Made by a program: the position numbers and the translations under genes. Positions 1-13,347 of a stretch of DNA of 64,000 bases are shown piece after piece (position 1 is the stretch's first letter; every line of letters starts with the position of its first letter). The notes beneath the pieces were generated by a model. It had not been told where the DNA came from and did no database searches. It saw only the letters and a program-made list of their open reading frames with translations. The stretch is from Hemiscyllium ocellatum (taxonomy: Eukaryota), in NCBI RefSeq assembly GCF_020745735.1, contig NC_083407.1, positions 89,147,857 to 89,211,856 of the forward strand, given 5' to 3'.

Positions 1-299
1 TCATTTACCTTATTTCATATATTGCATTCATTCAGATTCAACAGCTTCACTCCTGTATTTACTATCCCTCTCCTCACTGTCATCCCTGTCTCCAGTTTGA
101 TTGAGGTTAGATTCTTAACCCTTTTGAAACCCTCTAACCTGTTTATGTTCTGGGCTCTTTAATAATGTCTCCTGAGTTCTCTCTTCTTTGCATTTCATTT
201 CATACTTTTCCATGCAACTGAATTCACCCCCACCTGCTGCTTTGTTTCCCATTAGCCATTATACATCTTGGAGTTTTACCATTCTCTTCGCCCCTCATT

Positions 300-1400
300 T
301 TTTAGTTTAAAGCCCTGTTGACAACCCTATTCACCCTTTTCACCAGAACATTGCTCCCAGCACGGTTCAGCCAGAAAATGTCCCAATGGTACAGATCCCA
401 TGAAATGGAACCCCTCTTACCCACACCTCTCCTTCAACCATGTGTTTATTTCCCCTATTCTTACATCCCTAAGCCAATTTGCACCAGGCCAAACCAGGGG
501 AGAATGCCAAATGTCCTTTCCTGAAGGAGATTAGTGAATGAGATACATTTTCACATCAATCATTAATGCTTTCATGTTCACCATTAGCCCTTTAATTGCA
601 GAGGTATTGGGCCACAGAACACCACGCATCTAAATGTCTTGGATAAATTTATTGATTGGTTCAGGTCGTAATCTGGAGATTGTAACCCTTGAGGACCTGT
701 TCTTTAATTTAGTTCCTCGTTCCTGATAATCCCTAAATAGGTCCTCTTTCTTAATCTTGCCAACGATGTTTGTCCTGACGTGGAGCATAACAACTGAATC
801 CTTCCCCCCTCTTTCCAATATCCTTTCCAGCCAGTTAGAGATGTCGCTCACCCTGGCACTTGGCAAGCAGCATTTCATCCTGCTTACAAAAGATACTATC
901 AATCTCTCTAATTGTACAATCCCCTACAACTACCACTTGTCTTTTTGCTCCCCCCATTGACTGACCTCCTGTGTCACAATGCTGTAGTCTGCTGGCTCAT
1001 CCTCCTTACAGCTCTGTTCCTCATGCACACTGGAGCAAGTACCTCATCCCTGTTGGACAAGGTCAAGAGCTGATGCTCCTCTGTTCCTGAATACATGATC
1101 CCTCTACCTGCCTCACCTGCAGACACACCCTGCTGTCCCTGACCACTGACTGACTTTGAGGTTGTTAATCTACCAGTTGTGACTACCTCCTGAAACAGTG
1201 CATCCAGGTAAGTCTTCCCCCTCCCAGATGTGCCCACAGTGTTTGAAGCTCAGACACCAGCTCATCAATTCCAAACCGGAGTTCGTCCAATAACTGACCC
1301 TTGCTGCAGATGTGGCCATTGCAGCTCACAATGAGATCTGCCAGCTCCCACACCATACAGCCTCGGCACATCACTTGCCCAGCCGTCTCTACTTAGTTAA
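300..1400 (-). mobile_element. Decayed CR1-type LINE ORF1 (Cys-rich/coiled-coil N-terminus plus SGNH esterase-like domain)
   Basis: ORF fragments CRGCMVWE...HICSK...LDELRFGIDELVSELQTL and CCLPSARVSDISNWLERIL...VVMLHVRTNIVG resemble CR1 ORF1. Frameshifted and interrupted at about 486-660. Confidence 0.75.
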
Positions 1401-1620
1401 TTAATTTATTAGTCAGTTAATCCTGAATTAGTTGATTAATGTATTAACTAGTTTTGCAGGTTGTTTTCAAATTTAGGACACATTTCTGACAGTCAATCAG
1501 GTCACAGCTCCCCTGTGATATCACTTTTTCAGTTTGCTCCTCTCTGTGTGCTCCTCTTTCCGACTCCACTTTCTGGAATCAAAGCCTCGAAACCCTGAGG
1601 TAGTTAGTTTTATACTTACT

Positions 1621-1725
1621 GTTGAGAGTGTATTGCTGGAAAAGCACAGCAGGTCAGGCGATGCTTTTCCAGCAACACACTCTCAACTTTGATCTCCAGC
1701 ATCTGCAGACCTCACTGTCTCCTAC
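1621..1725. mobile_element. Short inverted-repeat remnant of a Penelope-like terminal repeat
   Basis: gttgagagtgt.ttgctggaaaagca ... tgcttttccagcaacacactctcaac is self-complementary and belongs to the same family as 33824-34073 and 60691-60881. Confidence 0.65.
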
Positions 1726-1789
1726 TTTAAACTCACAGTGCTCTGTGTGCTCCATGTGCTCCTCTCTCTGACTCCTCTCCATGGAAACA

Positions 1790-2930
1790 AGGCTATGTTT
1801 GGCATGCAAGCAGTCCTGTGTTGTATCTTCACCGGGATGCATCTCATTTTTAGTGCTGGTCCTAGCATCCCTCATGCATGCTTCACTGAACCAGAGTTAG
1901 TCCCCCATCTTGATAATAATGACTGAAAGAGGGAAATGCCAAGCCATGACATAACAGATTGTGTGTTTGAATAAAATTCTGCTAGTGCTGATGGTTCACA
2001 GCTCTTCACGGGTTTGAGTTGCTAGATCTGTTCAAAATCCACTCCATTTAGCACAGTGATAGTACCACACAACACAATGGAGATTATGCTCAGTGTAAAG
2101 ATGGGACTTTGTCTAGCACCCATGTCCTTTTGGACTCTACTACCTTGGTCAACAGTGTTGCTACTGAACCCATCACAGAGATGCACCATACAATTCCCCA
2201 TCCAGAGTACTTTGTGCAAACTTTCCACCCTCAGTACATTTTTCAATTGCTGTTCAACACACAGGAGAACTGATTCATCAGCTAAGGTGAGGCAGTAGGT
2301 GATCACCAAGAGGACCATTCCTTCCCATTTTTGATCTGAAGCCATGAGACTTCATTAGATCTGAAGTCAATGTTGAGGACTCCTAGAGTAACGCCCTCCT
2401 GAGTGTGTGCCAGTGTGCTGCCACCTCTGCTGGCTCTGTGCTGGTGGTGGGAGAGGAAATATCCAGGGATGGTAATGATGGTGCCTGGGACATTCTCTGT
2501 AAGCTATGAATCCATGAGTATGACTCTGTCAGGCTATCGCTTGAGTAGTCTGTGAGACAGCCCTTCCACGTTTGGCCGCGATGTTAGTCAGGAGGAGTCT
2601 GCAGAGTGGACAGGGCTGGATTTTCCTTTACTGTTTACATGGCCTTGATCAGAGCTGGGTACATTAACCAGTTCCTTCCCTTTTCTGAGATTTTGTAGCA
2701 GTTTGATAAAAACTGAATGCCTTGTCAGGCCAGTTCAAGCAGCATTTAAGAGTCGACCACATTCCTGTGCATCTGGAATCGAATGAAGGCCACACCAGGG
2801 GAGAATGCCAAATGTCCTTTCCTGGAGGAGATTAGTGATTGAGATACATTTTTACAACAATCATTAATGCTTTCATGTTCACCATTAGCCCTTTAATTCC
2901 AGAGGTTTTGGACCACAGAACACCATGCAG
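1790..2930. mobile_element. Degenerate interspersed repeat (non-LTR retrotransposon-like; family not resolved)
   Basis: The end (2730-2930) matches a module recurring at 4370-4655, 6840-7005 and 45715-45930. No intact ORF. Confidence 0.45.
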
Positions 2931-4039
2931 TTTTGATTGCTTGGATAAATTTATTGAATGGATACAGGGCATCCTTGTGAATAGCATAGCGTTTTATTTG
3001 GTGTCATAACCTTCAGGTATGGAATGCAATCAGTAAGTTATATTTCACAGGGATATTTTTCCATGAGTTACAAATAATGGAACTCAAAAAGAATTATATA
3101 TTCCTATCCCAGGAACAAAGTTTTGTTTTATTCTAGTAAAAGGCAAAAAAACAAGCTCAAGATGGATACTGTACTAATAAGACCTGTAAATTTCAAGGTC
3201 CAAGTTTTTCACACCATCTGGTCCTGAACTGCCAACTGCAAAATGGTCAACTTGCCTGAAGGTGCTAAACAAGAGACCTTCAGGTTTACCACTCAAGTGC
3301 TGATTAGACCAGTCTTCATAAAAGTGTGTATATGGATTCCTAGCCATCAATTCCATTGAAATAATGGATTGTGCTGTCTCGCACACATTACCACTTTATA
3401 GGTTAACTAAAGCATTGAAATAGAGAGCATACAGATTCACAGTGTTAAGAGTGGAGGACACCCAGGGAAGGAGAAATGACCTATGTACACTGGGAGGAAA
3501 GATAGGACCTTGTTTCCTTGCACTCTCTACCTGCGACAACTGGAGCTACTCTGCCCTGAGTCTTCCTCTCAATCCCAGACCAGTCAGTGGAAAATTGAGC
3601 AAGATGTCTATGAGCAAGCATATCCTTTCGTCTGTGAGCTATGTAAGGTGCCCAACACAGTACAGAAGCACACTGCGTAATCTTTTTAGGGAACAACTTC
3701 AGAGAATTTCTGAATTTGGCAATGTGTCCCCAAATGTTGGAAACACAAACCAAATGTTGGGAGTGCTGTGCATGGTATCTTTCACAAAATATAGCACAGT
3801 TCATCCATCTGCAAAGCTGTCTGAATTCAAAATGAATTCCAAATAAAAATATGGTTGCTTGTGTCCTTCCTTAACTTCAATGTTATGGCTCAACTATATG
3901 TCTCCATAATGCCCCTCTTAAGATAAAATAATTGTAACATCAAGGTCAAGAAAACACAATTCCAAATCTGTTATGCTGATAACATATTTATTATGTTTCA
4001 GAATATTACATATGTCAGAATTCTGTTTTCAACAAGGAA

Positions 4040-6005
4040 TTAAAAGTCTCTCATGCGCCTGAAAGATCCAATAGTTGCGTTGTAGCCTCCCCAGTCACTG
4101 TATCTCCTGTATTCACCGGGTCTCATGAAGTACTGTCGCCCTCTGTAACTGGGATGTTCATAGAAGATCCAGTAACCGTCCATCACATGGCAGGAGTGGA
4201 TGTCACGGTAACGGAAACGATCGTAGACAGATGGACAGTCATCCATGAATTCCATCATCTGTCCTCCAAAGTCAGGCCTCTCGTAAATCCTCATTCTGTA
4301 GGAGCCTCCTCGGTACTGCAATAGAGAAAAAACAAATTATTCATTTACTGGATAAGATCATCCCTGGTCAGGCCAGAAATTATTGCCCATTCCCAGTTGT
4401 CCAGAGGGCAGCTAAGAGTCAACCATATTGCTTTGGGACTGAAGTCACGTGTAGGCTGGACCATGGAAGGACAGCAGTTTCCTTCCCTAAAGGATATTAG
4501 TGAGCCAGATGGGTTTTTCTGACAATGGCAATGATTTCATGTACAATATTAGATTCTTAATTCCATTGCAGGATTCAAACCCAGATCTCCGGGAGGTTAG
4601 CTGGTTCTCAACATTAATAGTCTAATGATAATATCACTAGGCCATCAACTCCTCTGAAATGGAACATGTGTAATGTATCTATAAACATATTTGTACCAAG
4701 TGCAGTAAAATTGTATAAAAGAGGATGTGTTTTCTACTTGTAACATTATCAGGGAAACTACTTACAATTTTAATGAAAATTCTCAAGCAAAGGCATTAAA
4801 CAGCTTGTTTTGTATCAAGCTGTTCATGTCTCTTTTTGTATGTTGCAGTATTTGGTGCTTGGCTCCCAGGCGTTTTGTAATCACTGTTTTGATAATATTC
4901 AATATTATCAAACATTGAATAAAAATTACTGTTGATAAAAATAAAACCATGAGCGGAAAAGTTTTTGGAATGAAATTACTGTGCAGCCAGCTTTGGAACT
5001 AGAAATGGATATCCAGTTTGTGAATACTAACTTTGGAAATATGGGAACAAAGAAACAGGAATAGGTTATAGTGCCCTTCAAGCCTCTTCTGGCACTCAAT
5101 GAAGTCATGGCGGACTATGACCTAAAGAGTTGCTTCCAATTAGTATGTCCTGGGAAAGAAGTAGAAGAAAGTCTAGAAAGCATTTTGATACAATGTTTTC
5201 TCATGAGTTGTCCAATAAGTAGGTACAAGTATGAACATTTGGCTCCTGAAAAAATTCAGGTCACATTTCTCTCACCTTTCCAGCATGTGGTTTATCATGA
5301 ATGCTTAGCCACACTATTTATTATTTATTTTGTTAATACGTGTATCAATGAGAGTTTACACAGAGATTGTTTTGACTGGTCCCTGTGTTTTCTTGGAAGA
5401 TGAGTGGAAATCCACCCTGACTCTATCAGTGTATCCCAACAGTTCCATCCATTCTCCATCCAAGTTACAGCTATCAATCAGGCCAGTCCTGAGGAAAATC
5501 ATGCATGTTACAGCAGAGGCAAATTAGTCATGAGCAGACGCAATGCAGGAATGTGGAAATGAGAAACCACGGAACCTTTTGATGGATTAAAGCAATAGGT
5601 GAACAATCCTTTATAAATATTAACCAAGTGACCAGTTCATTTTGTCTATAAGGACATGTTTGACTTACATGTGGGTAGGAGCGACATGACCTGACACAGT
5701 CATTGAATCCCATCCAGCGCTGGTAGTCAGGATACTCTCCCCTGGTCAGAACATACTGGTATCCCATGTAATTGGGTTTCTCATACACCACCCACCAGTC
5801 ACTCTCAACACGGATGGAGTTACAGCGGCTGAAGTAAGGGGACAGGTCGGCACAGTCACTGCTGCACTCATAGTGCCGTCCCTGGAAGTTCCTGTCCTCG
5901 TAAAAGATGATCTGTGGGCAAAGGAAATGAAACAAAATATTTCTGTTTTCCAAATAATTATTAATAAAAGGTGACAACAATGAGGGTTAACCATACCTTT
6001 CCCAT
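4040..6005 (-). CDS. cryg: Gamma-crystallin gene 1, join(5997..6005, 5669..5911, 4040..4315), 175 aa
   Basis: Exon 1 ATG GGA AAG|GTATGG; exon 2 [20 protein letters not shown]...[16 protein letters not shown] (243 bp, cag| and |GTAAGT); exon 3 [23 protein letters not shown]...[10 protein letters not shown] (276 bp). Four Greek-key motifs, phase-0 introns, TATA at 6063-6070, AATAAA at 3987-3992. Confidence 0.96.
4370..4655 (+). repeat. Recurrent ~280-bp interspersed repeat in intron 2 of gene 1
   Basis: ccagagggcag.taagagtcaacca.attgct...ttccttccctaaagga.attagtga.ccagatggg, also seen at about 2740, 6850 and 45715. Confidence 0.65.
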
Positions 6006-6062
6006 TTTGAGCTCACAGTTGGTGTAGCAGTGTCTGCACATGCTATCACTCTGGCTGCTCTG

Positions 6063-6250
6063 TATTTATACGTAGGAGAGGCCATTGCAGAGACTGCCTT
6101 TGTTATTTTAAACAATCTCAAGCACAGATCAGCAAAAAAAAACAAAAATGTGTTACAGATATTTCAATAAAACCGCTTTACTCAAAGCAATAGATTCTAT
6201 TGGCTGTTTTTAGTTTGCTTTCATGTCATTTCAATTGTCCTGTAGAGAAA
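6063..6250 (-). promoter_or_regulatory. Promoter of gene 1: TATAAATA, SOX-like AACAAAG, T-rich half-MARE TGCTGA, distal conserved block
   Basis: TATAAATA at 6063-6070; ctttgtt about 6098-6104; tcagca at 6129-6134; distal block about 6214-6250 shared with paralogues. Confidence 0.7.
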
Positions 6251-7827
6251 AAAAAGAACAAAAGACTGGGGGCCCTCGTTATTCTCAAAGTAAAATACAC
6301 AAACAGCATTGAACTATATACTCTGCTGAGGTTATAACCAGATATTATTGCTTTGTTTATTATTTATTTTGCATACGCCACTTTCACCAAACTTCATATC
6401 AATAGAACTATGTGAATGTTTTTGGGTTACATAATCAGCATACTTTTGTTTGAATATGATCCCTTCACCTCTTTCAGATCTGCTGCTGAATTGACCTTTA
6501 GCACAGTCGAACTGTTCCAATGCCAGCCTCCAACCTTTTGCACTTTATCAACCTCAAGTGCTCGAAACCACATCTTGCCATTCTCTAAATCGCATAGTTT
6601 TTGTTCACCTTTCACCCCTTTTCATCATGATGTGCATTGGCTTCTCATATTGGCAATATCTCGATTTCAAAGTTTTCCTTTTTAATTTTAAATTGTCCCA
6701 TTTCCTTGCCCTTTCCACACTGCAACTCAGATATCCAGAGAGTAAATGTTAAAACTGAAGGCTCGTCTTTAACTATAATCTTTTCCTGACAAAGACATGC
6801 GCTGTATACCACAGAATCTTGGAAACTGGTGTAACTGGAGGCTTTTGGTCCCATTACTGTGGGTCTGGAGTCACATGTAGGCCAAACCAGATAATGATGG
6901 GCAGATTTCCTTTGCTGATGGACATTAATGAACCAGATGAGTTTTTGTTTATAACAACTGGCAGTGGCTACATGATCTCCATTAGCTGGCCAGTAATTCC
7001 AGATCAGAGTATATGTCAATTTTGCTCAGTGAAGGCTCAGTATTATACATCCTATTTCTGCGTTGCTGCTTCAGAATGGCGAACAAGTCATTAGACTAAT
7101 ACATCACAACCTGTTGAGGTGGGTGATTGACAGCTGCTTAAAATACACCTTTTAAAGATACGTGCCCATCAAATCTCTACACCCCCATTTTCTAATAAAA
7201 TGTTATCCTTAAATAGTCAACGTTATCACATGCCAAAGAAACAAATACAGAGTAATAAGTTTACCAGCGTCTAAAATGTATCAACAATTTGATTTGTTGT
7301 TGAAACATTTCCGACTGTGTTCGAGTCGCATAAGGATTTTTCAGTTTTTTCTCATTGTGATACTGTTCAGAATTAGTATTTATTTCCTCACACAATTTGT
7401 TTCTGGATGTAAGCTAACGATTTTGACCGGATTCCAAGACACATCAGTTGGACATTGTATTCAAACTTCCTGTCTTATATTCAGATCAGGTGATATGCCC
7501 ACATGCTGGTCATGGAGGTCTTTCATATCCTTCCCTCAACCACTTTCATCCAGTCATGCATTGTGTATTCCTTGGAATATCCATGAGTGAGCTAGGGCAG
7601 TATTTGTTTGCACATGCCTGCCAAATAATCTTTCCCTATCAGTTCTGTGGTATAACATTTGCAAGTTCAGAATAGCTGGTCCAAACTGTGTTATGTAGCC
7701 CATTGGCTGATTATCTTTGTTGAGTTAAGTAACCTTCTCCCATTATAAGCATAGGGGTTCATTGGTGCTTCTTGTGATCTGCTGTCCTTAGCATTGTCTT
7801 GGGGCTACTCTACTTGCCATTTACCTG

Positions 7828-7959
7828 CATGGTGTCCACAACATAAGATATTTGAGGTGCGTATAGTGAATTTTCATAGTGACACTTATGTGTAGCCATG
7901 GTGTCCACAACATAAGATATTTGAGGTGCGTATAGTGAATTTTCATAGTGACACTTATG
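7828..7959. repeat. Perfect 63-bp direct repeat (7828-7890, 7897-7959) with a 6-bp spacer
   Basis: catggtgtccacaacataag...gacacttatg is read twice. Confidence 0.9.
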
Positions 7960-8119
7960 AGTAATGGATTCTATTCAATGTGCTTGTTATCCTCATCACC
8001 TGATGGAGTCACATAATTGGGGATTTTATGGATCTTGTCTTGATATTGTCTGGGACACTGTCTTGGTTGGTTAGAATACAGCACCTGTCTGGATTTTAGT
8101 TTTGGCTTCCCAAAACATT

Positions 8120-8665
8120 GCACCTGAGCCCTCTTCTGGAGTACTGCATGCAGTTTTGGTCCTCCTGTTATAGGAAGGATGTCATCAAATTGGAGTGTTT
8201 TCAGGAAAGATTCGCTAAGATGTTGCTGAGAATGGAAGGTTTGAATATGAAAATAGACTTGAAAGGCTGGGACTCTATTCACTGGAGCATTGGAGGGTGA
8301 GGGGTGACTGTACAGAAATTTATAACATCATCAAGAGCATCGATGAGGGGAATAGCAAAGACCTGTCCCCTATGATAGGGGAGTTCAAAACTAGGGTACA
8401 TGTTTTTAAGGGGAGAGGAGAAAGATTTAAAAAGGACATGAGGGGCAACTTTTTTACACAGAGTGGTTAGTATGTGGAATGAACTGCCAGAGGAAGTGGT
8501 GGATGCAGGTGCAGTTACAACATTGAAAAGACATTTGAATACGTTCATGAATAGGAAAGGTTTAGAGGGATGTGGGCTGAATGCAAGCTGATGGTTTAGT
8601 TTAGTTTGGAAACATGGTGGGTTTGGGCTAGTTGGACAGAAGGGTCAGTTTCCATTTTGTATAAC
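8120..8665 (+). mobile_element. CR1 LINE 3' end
   Basis: PLLEYCMQFWSSCYRKDVIKLE motif and a CR1 3' UTR shared with many copies in the window. Confidence 0.85.
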
Positions 8666-8864
8666 TATTTAATTTTTTTTGCATTGATGCTTCCAATGTC
8701 CTCTGGTGCCACATTCCTTGCAAACATCATAAAAGCTGAGCATTTTCAGAGTGCATGCTTGAGGCTGCACTACCTGCATTGCCCACGAGGTTTGCCTGCA
8801 TTGGCTACCATGTGAATGGTGGATAAATTATGTATAACCTGTAGGCTCTGTCAAAAGGACTGGG

Positions 8865-9480
8865 TGGCCATGCCATTCCGGTAGCTGTCAAGGTCACAGC
8901 TGTCCAGAATTTTAGTGCCAGGGCTTTCATTTCAAGGAGCAATTGGGGAAGTGTATGGCACCAACTCATCTTCGACACATAAACACATCCAGGATATCAC
9001 TGATATCTTTTTAGCTAGATCTCATCTGTTACTGTCATTCCCTCACAATTAGCAGAGTCAAGCAACATGCGCAATAGGATGGCCCATCACCACTGACTGC
9101 TCCTGGGTTTAGAACACACCTATGTTACTTTAAAAATGCTCTATCATCAAATGGCAGCATTCATCAACAGAAGGGTCTTCCACTCCGTCAATGATTAAAT
9201 TATATTCAATCATAGATGCCAGACCTTGGAGGTCTGTGCAAGATATCCTGGGAGGTGCCATGACTCTTGTCTTCCTGAGAATTGACAAGTTTCTGCCTTC
9301 TTTCAAGATCCTCAAGTTATACAGAGATGCTACTGGAATAGAAGGGCTGCCCTCAGCAAGTATGGCTCATGATGCCTTTATAAGACCCTCAGATTGACAC
9401 AGGACTATAGTGGAACAGATGATAAGCCTGCTTAAAATGAGGTTCAGATGCCTGGACAACTTGTATGTAACCTTGTAGGG
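8865..9480 (+). mobile_element. Decayed PIF/Harbinger (HARBI1-like) transposase
   Basis: 9401-9457 translates RTIVEQMISLLKMRFRCLD; upstream fragments HAIPVAVKVTAV and INRRVFHSVN resemble Harbinger DDE motifs. Stops and frameshifts throughout. Confidence 0.7.
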
Positions 9481-10399
9481 CAACCCAGAAAAGTTGTATC
9501 AGGTTGTTGGGCAGGTGGAGGGGGGAGGGGTCCCTGGATTCAGAGGAAATAGAGAATTGACAGCAATATTCTGAGGGAAAAAATACAGACAAGCATTAGG
9601 ATGTTGACCTGTGTGAGAGAATAGTACTTCCTCAAATGTGAAAAGCCAGTGATATTTCAAATGTGAAAAGCCATTCTGCAACAACAAAAGCTGAGGCAGG
9701 GTCACTTGACGTGAAACATAAACTCTAATTTCTCTCCAAAGGTACTGCCAGATCTGCTGAGTTTTCCAGCAATTTCTGATTTACAGCATCCGCAGCTCTT
9801 TCGGTTTTTAAATAACCTCATTCTAACATGCTTCTAGAATGAATGTGCTGGGCTTGTATTTCCTTGAATTGTTTAGCATTCTGCTGTTAATTTGAGAAGC
9901 AATTCCTGCTAGTGCAGAGGACATGTGATCAAAATTACAGTAGATTTGTTTACCTAGTAACGGGGTCCATCCAATCACATTGAATGTGGGAGAGTCTTTT
10001 CATGCTGAGATTGGAAGAAGAATCGTGGGGTTTGCACTTTGCTGTCCTCACAGTTGTTTTACCAGGTCACTGTTGGACACAGAGGGCCCTGCAGCAATTC
10101 TAAAGCAAATGATTGTGGGAAGAGTCACTGGACCTGAAACATTGACTCTGTTTCTCTCCAAAGATACTGCCAGACCTGCTGAGTTTCTCCAGCTACTTCT
10201 GTTTTTGTTTTAGGTTCCTAGCATCCGCAGTTCTTTGTTTTTTGTTTGTAAGATGTGACAGTCAGAAGTTAGTCTATGAAATGTCTTTGATAGAGTTCCC
10301 ATTCAAGTTGAAATAACACTAAGAATTGGAAAGAATGAAAATCTGCCATTCGAACTATCTTAGATGTCCTATGCCAATATATTCTTCTCAGCTCAATGT

Positions 10400-10616
10400 A
10401 TAGTTCATTCTGCTATAACGGGTGTTTCGTTAACATGAGTTCACGATAACATGATTGATGAATTGGGAACACTGTTTCTAAAGCACAAAGGTTTAAAGCA
10501 TGCATTGCTTATAATGCAATTCTGGACCCATCAGTTTAAATGATGCTGCTATTACATGATTTTCTTATAACACAAGATTGCACGAGAACGGAGCTACCAT
10601 GTTATTGTGAAACTGA
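10400..10616. mobile_element. Probable decayed MITE
   Basis: Imperfect terminal inverted repeats (agttc..tctgctataac / gttattgtgaaactg) and internal ataac/gttat repeats. Confidence 0.4.
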
Positions 10617-10719
10617 TAATATATACATGCATAAATAGAATATCAAATCCGTAGGCAGGCACAAAGTATGATGGCAACTGTATCCTTTAGGCTCAAACTT
10701 CCAGGTGCCATATTTACCC

Positions 10720-11135
10720 AGATAACATTTCACATTTCTCTGCATTGAATTTCATCTGCCAAGTGTCTACCCATTTGGCCAACTTGTCAATGTCCCTCTG
10801 AGGTCACTCAACATCATTCCCACAATGCACTATTCTCCCTAGCATAGCATCATCTGCAAATTTATAGCTCTTTCCCTCAGCACCTAACTCCAAATTGTTT
10901 ATATAAAGCAGCCAAATCAAAGGGTTCTAACACCGATCCCTAGGAAACACCACTTTCAACTCATCTCCAATCTGAGAAAAACCCATCTGTTTGCCATCTT
11001 TTAGGCAACTTCTAAACAATGCTGCCAAAATAAAATCATTCCCAAACATTTTTCATTTACTAGCCAACTGCTATGTGTCATTGTAAAAAATGCTTTCTGA
11101 AAATCCAAATATACAACATCCACAGCACTCATCTC
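10720..11135 (-). mobile_element. Old CR1 reverse-transcriptase fragment
   Basis: AVDVVYLDFQKAF motif in ORF 11001..11240; decayed remnants of the following RT motifs lie downstream on the minus strand. Confidence 0.75.
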
Positions 11136-13347
11136 ATCCTTTGCCTGTGACAGCCAATGTTGCATTTCTTTTACAGAAGGACAATGGCTATTACACATCT
11201 GCCAGGTTTTACAGTTAAAATATAAAAAGAGCTGCAACACATACTAACTCATGCATCATCAGGTCACGGGGCTTCCATCTCAACTGGGAGAACTTACACA
11301 TTTGATTATACCCTTCACAAAAGGGTTACATTGGACAAAAACACAACTACAAATGTTGGCATTGATCAGAGGTCAAGCAGACATAATAAGTAACACTTTA
11401 TTGTCTTCCACCTACTCTAATTCGATAAAGAAACACCATTCATTTGGAAATCTTCACTCTTCAAATTTTCTCAACCAAATTCTTCTTATCAGTCATGGTA
11501 AAACAGACCTTCATGGCGTGAGGGACTAACACTTCAATCTGTGTTCATGAATACAAAGGAAGTGCTTATGTTCCCATGCTAATGTCTCTTAATGCTTCTG
11601 TCCTTCTGCAGGTGAAAAATATAAACAACCAATGTGAACATACACAGACATGTGGATTGGAGGTTGGTGGGTTGGGAATAGAGTGGCTGGTATGCCTTAT
11701 GTAAGGAAGACAAGGTAACAGAGTTGTCAGGAAAGTAAGGTGTCATACCAATGCTGGTGGAGTGTTTGGAAGTGTACACTCCTCAATGGATTCTGCTACT
11801 TATGTGAGGGCTACAACTCATGATGCTACTATCTCTTTTCGTTTTACTTAGCAGTCTCTAGATCCCATTCCCAAACTGTGAGAAGGAAGCAGAAGAATTC
11901 TATCTTCCAATCCCATTTCTAGTGCCACCTCTGAGGAGGATGAGGTAGAACCCTCAGCAGATGCATTCTCAAGGCATTCTTCCTCACTCTCCACCAGCAC
12001 GGAGACATTCATTTCAAAGGTAATCTACTGAGGACAGGTTCACTGTTGTACTCTGGCAAGCACCGCACTGACACAAATCTCAGTGTGAGGACGGGTCTTT
12101 ATCTCCATAATGTTGATGCTGTGATCACTCCTACCAATACCCAAATGAACAGACACATTTGCAACAGGAAGAATGAGGACGAAACAAAATAGGTCTTTCT
12201 CTCATTTAGTTATAAGTTGACTTTAACTAGTCAAAAGTGCAGTTTGGTAGATATGTCCTTCAGGACTCATCCATGCTGTTCCGTACCAGTTCTACTGAGG
12301 CACCCAAATAGAACTCCCCCGCTCAGAATACATTCTGTGCCCTTGCATCCCTCATTTTCTCTTTCAAATATTCCTCAACATGAAGGAATATTGATTCATT
12401 AGTTGAGGATGATGATAGATGATGGCACTGAAAATAAAGAAAGAAGAATTTGCATTTACGTAGCACCTTTCGTAATCTCAGAATATCTCAAGGTTCTCCG
12501 CTTATAATACTGTATGAAATAGTCACAGAAACAGATGGCGGGAGTAGATCACTTTCTCGCAAAACTTGTTGAAATAGGTTTGGTGTGTGATATGTTTTCC
12601 AAAGTGTTTTTGATCTAATGAATTATATTCTCCTGGAGAATTTCTTGTGTGGCTACCACTACCCCATAAGACTAAAGTCATCTGAATATCTCCCCTACCC
12701 AGACCCTGACCATGCAACGTTCTACAACTCCTTTCCAGTCACCTCTCATGCCTCCGCCAATCATATCTTATCCAAATAAATGTCTCCTCATCCCTTGGTG
12801 CTGCAGGTGTTAAATTGCTAATGACCCCACTTTCCATCTTGTCTACTGCCTTAGTTGATGTTGTTGTTGGTTCCCTCTTTTCAGGTACTGTCTGCCTCAG
12901 TGGGGAAAGTGATACAAGTTGGGGACTAGGTGTTGCAAGTTAACACTTTTGCAGGCTGCAGTTGCACTGATAGAACATTGGAACCTGTGAGGCTGAGTGA
13001 GCTGAAACAAAGTAGCCTCAGCAATCTTGGTGCATTACTTAGCAGAGTAAAATCAAAAGATCGGCTGGTTCTAATTAATAGGATGAGCCAGTTTGAACCA
13101 TACAAATCCCTGCAGTAGATAGTCTCCTCAGCTGTTCTGGATGTGTGGTGGCCCACTCATTTTCTGCATTTCTAAATGCTCCTTTTAATGATGATATCAC
13201 TAAGGTTATTGTCGTAAAGCATTCTGCATGAGATCACCAACTGCAAGTACTATTTTGCACAATTATTATGCAAACCCCAAAATTGAACAATATGATGGTG
13301 TAATGGAGAGTATTTTATTAGGATGGCAAATATTTTACAATGACAAG

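Noticed and set aside
5746-5994. Recurrent ORF ...[24 protein letters not shown]... (also at 14703, 36185, 59793)
   Set aside because: Alternative frame of crystallin exon 2; it recurs only because the exon is homogenised.
4040-6005. Orthology to mammalian CRYGS or to specific CRYGA-F genes
   Set aside because: The 3-codon first exon lacks the gamma-S N-terminal arm. Orthology needs a phylogeny, so only a family-level symbol is given.
9690-10240. Additional functional hammerheads (about 9692, 10115, 17310, 28360, 28735)
   Set aside because: Penelope-type terminal remnants with several core mutations; not credible as active ribozymes.
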